This document shows positions 61,745 through 64,000 of a DNA stretch of 64,000 bases, piece by piece. The stretch comes from Actinomycetota bacterium (GTDB taxonomy: Bacteria > Actinomycetota > Acidimicrobiia > Acidimicrobiales > Ilumatobacteraceae). Under the pieces are notes generated by a model. It was not told the DNA's origin. It made no database searches and saw only the letters and a list, made by a program, of their open reading frames with translations. The position numbers and the translations under genes were made by a program. Position 1 is the stretch's first letter, and each line of letters begins with the position of its first letter. Where the stretch lies: positions 2,916 through 66,915 of the forward strand of contig WLJO01000010.1 in the NCBI GenBank assembly GCA_009701715.1, written 5' to 3'.

Positions 61745-63177
61745 CGGCGCGCCAGCACGTCGCTCACGAGCACGTCCGCGAGCGACTCCACTGGGATCTG
61801 TTCGTTCGCCGGAAGCACGAGGTTCCTCACGAACACCTCACCGTGTGGGCGGTGATCCCCGGTGCGAAGCGGTTCGGAGGTGGAACATATGACGCCGATA
61901 GTGGGCGAGGTGAGCGCGACGAACGGCTCGCTCCAATTCCACTCGACGAACAAGTCAGGGAGTAAGTGCCGGTTCGGGCCTTGGTGGTAGTCGTCCGTGC
62001 GTAGCACCCGCAGCACGGCGGGCGATCCGGTCGATTCGTGACGAAGCGAAAGCAGTTCCTCAACGATGGTTTGGATTGCGAGCTCTTGGTCTGCTCCTGG
62101 CATCACCCTGCCCCACGGCTCACGACCGCGGAGGTTCAGGCGTACAGCACCGTAGAGGTCGTTGTTCGGAATAGCGAACCATGCAGCGGTCCCGTCCACG
62201 TTGCGAAGATTGCGCGCGTGACGTTGCCGAGGAAACAGTGCTCTACGAAGACGGCGACGCACGCCACGGAGGGGAACCAAGAACCGCTCTCGTAGTGTGG
62301 TGAGCGCACCAGCCGGGCGACGCGCCCGGGCAATTCGCTCCATGATCTCGGCGAGCAGCGGATTGCCGTCGTAGTGAGCACCAAACCCATGGCTGAACAG
62401 CAGCATGAGTGCGGTGTCGTCCGGCACCTCGCTCAGCACGCGTCCGAGCGCTGCATCAATGTCACGATAGACGGTGAGCATGGGGTCGTCGGGGAGACGC
62501 GCTGCGAGGCCGGGGTCGTAGCGGGGATGCGAGGGCTTGTGCACGTGGAATAGTTGGTGCCCAACGCAGTGCGTCTCGGAGAACACGGCTGCGACGAAGT
62601 CGTATTCGCTCGCAAGCAGCCACGACAGCGCCTCGCTGCGCATGCCGACGCCCGTGCGAAGAGCGGTCAGGAGGTGCTCTCTCCCAGAGTCGTGGATGGT
62701 GATGTCGCAACGCTTCTGTGGATACGAGCCAAGCGTGTGGAGACGACTGGCGAGCGCTGCATCGGATATAGAGGTATCGAGCTGGCTGTCGTGTGAACCC
62801 CAGTCAACGATGTGCACACCGTTCCGCAGCGGAATGGGTCGCACGAGCGGAACGTCGAAGATGGCACAGCGAATACCGGCTTGGTCGAGGCGCAACCAGA
62901 ACGGCTCACTGTCGAAGTCGGCAGGAGACATCTCGGCAGTCGTGTACGTACCGGGAACCAACTGTCTCCAGCAATAGGACCCATGGTGGGCTGGACCTGC
63001 TTCAGACCAGAAGGCTGGCCACAACCCACCAACCAGAAGCCCTTCGGGATTCAGCGTCGGCAATGAGGCCCACGTCTCGAACACCCGGGCGAAGTGAGGA
63101 AGGTCGCCCTTCGCCGCCCACTCACGGGTGAGCTGCACGTCCATGGAATCAAAGCCGAGAAAGACGGTGCGGGTCAC
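61741..63177 (-). CDS. Alkaline phosphatase / nucleotide pyrophosphatase-phosphodiesterase superfamily protein
   Basis: VFLGFDSMD (metal-binding Asp region), GPAHHGS, SETHCVGH and LLFSHGFG blocks resemble type I phosphodiesterase family proteins. The stop shares a CTAG with the GT2 stop. Confidence 0.6.
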   Translation of the reverse strand: MTRTVFLGFDSMDVQLTREWAAKGDLPHFARVFETWASLPTLNPEGLLVGGLWPAFWSEAGPAHHGSYCWRQLVPGTYTTAEMSPADFDSEPFWLRLDQAGIRCAIFDVPLVRPIPLRNGVHIVDWGSHDSQLDTSISDAALASRLHTLGSYPQKRCDITIHDSGREHLLTALRTGVGMRSEALSWLLASEYDFVAAVFSETHCVGHQLFHVHKPSHPRYDPGLAARLPDDPMLTVYRDIDAALGRVLSEVPDDTALMLLFSHGFGAHYDGNPLLAEIMERIARARRPAGALTTLRERFLVPLRGVRRRLRRALFPRQRHARNLRNVDGTAAWFAIPNNDLYGAVRLNLRGREPWGRVMPGADQELAIQTIVEELLSLRHESTGSPAVLRVLRTDDYHQGPNRHLLPDLFVEWNWSEPFVALTSPTIGVICSTSEPLRTGDHRPHGEVFVRNLVLPANEQIPVESLADVLVSDVLARR

Positions 63178-63209
63178 TTCGTCAGCCTAAGCCGAGTGCC
63201 GTCGCCTAG

Positions 63210-64000
63210 TCACCTGGTGGGGTCTGCCAGTGCAGCAAAGGCGACGGCTGCTGCGTGACCAACATTGAGCGAATCCACGGTGTCGCGAATAGGAATGCGA
63301 ATGCTCAGGTCCGATGAGGAGAGCGCGACCTGGGTGAGGCCTGGCCCCTCGGCGCCGAGCAATAGCGCTACGCGCTCGGGACGCGCTGCGGTGAACGTGG
63401 CGAGATCAACTGCATCGGGTGCAGGCGTGAGCGCCGCCACGACGAACCCGTGCGAGCGTAGTTCGTCCAGTGCCTCGGGCCAGCGGGCAGCCCGACCAAT
63501 CGGGAGGTACATCATCTCGCCCATCGACACGCGTACGGCGCGTCGGTACCACGGGTCAGCCGTCGTGGGGTCGAGCAGCATCGCGTCAATACCGAGCGCA
63601 CGGGCACTACGTGCAATGGCCCCGATGTTCTCGTGGTCGTTGATTCCCTCGAGCACAGCGATCGTGCAAGCTGTCGAAGCGAGTTCGGTGATCGCCCGGT
63701 TCGGTGGCCGCTGTGCACAGGCGAGGACGCCTCGATGGAGATCAAACCCGACGACGATGTTCATCACGTCTTTCGGCACCACGAGGAAGTCGACGTCATC
63801 GCGGACGAGGTCGGCAACTCGGTCCTGCCTTCCCTCAAGCACCAGCACCGAATGGATGGTCAGTGCGGACTCGAGGAGACGGCGGACCACCGTGATCCCC
63901 TCCGCTACGAAGTGTCCGCCCACTGCCTCAAGCGTTACGCGTCGCTCTGGATCGCGTAGGTGTCGATACTGATCAAGCCGCGGATCGTCTGCGCTAGCCA
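63210..64000 (-). CDS. TrmH/SpoU family RNA 2'-O-methyltransferase (5' end runs off the window)
   Basis: LEGINDHENIGAIARSARALG, LLLGAEGPGL and IPIRDTVDSLNV motifs. The frame stays open upstream of GTG 63923 (..DDPRLDQYRHLRDPERRVTLEA..) to the window edge. Confidence 0.8.
   Translation of the reverse strand, partial: ASADDPRLDQYRHLRDPERRVTLEAVGGHFVAEGITVVRRLLESALTIHSVLVLEGRQDRVADLVRDDVDFLVVPKDVMNIVVGFDLHRGVLACAQRPPNRAITELASTACTIAVLEGINDHENIGAIARSARALGIDAMLLDPTTADPWYRRAVRVSMGEMMYLPIGRAARWPEALDELRSHGFVVAALTPAPDAVDLATFTAARPERVALLLGAEGPGLTQVALSSSDLSIRIPIRDTVDSLNVGHAAAVAFAALADPTR

Overview
Visibly GC-rich actinobacterial chromosome segment centred on the replication origin. No rRNA, CRISPR array, transposase, integrase or phage gene was recognised.

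The backbone follows the order known from Mycobacterium tuberculosis Rv3907c to Rv0007:
- Minus strand: cca, DUF6049-like, an ECF sigma/anti-sigma pair, trxB, trxA, cwlM-like, parB, parA, rsmG, jag, yidC, yidD, rnpA, rpmH.
- Plus strand after the strand switch: dnaA, dnaN, recF, DUF721/dciA-like, gyrB, gyrA, DUF3566, tRNA-Ile.
- Further left: the rpsF-ssb-rpsR-rplI-dnaB block, argG and cell-envelope genes.

Regulatory DNA visible by eye:
- oriC between dnaA and dnaN.
- Three further DnaA-box clusters: upstream of dnaB, in the cwlM/parB convergent spacer, and upstream of dnaA.
- Two near-consensus parS sites.
- Two long terminator hairpins.

Most unusual content:
1. An 11.7 kb block lies between tRNA-Ile and tRNA-Ala. 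It carries two tandem A-T-TE NRPS-like genes with no condensation domain, a zinc-ribbon ORF and a PhyH-type dioxygenase.
2. rnpA has no canonical start codon unless it fully overlaps rpmH out of frame (as in Thermus) or starts at a CTG inside a CTGA stop/start overlap. The same CTGA geometry occurs at trxA/cwlM.
3. Two tandem secreted paralogues share a 173-bp near-identical promoter/signal-peptide module.
4. An in-frame TAG splits a Gly/Trp/His-rich peptide from a SHOCT membrane protein.
5. An apparently active Ser/Thr kinase sits where Mycobacterium has the MurJ-pseudokinase fusion.
6. A solitary TadE-like gene is translationally coupled to gyrA.

All functional calls rest on motifs recognised by eye in the supplied translations. 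No database search was run.
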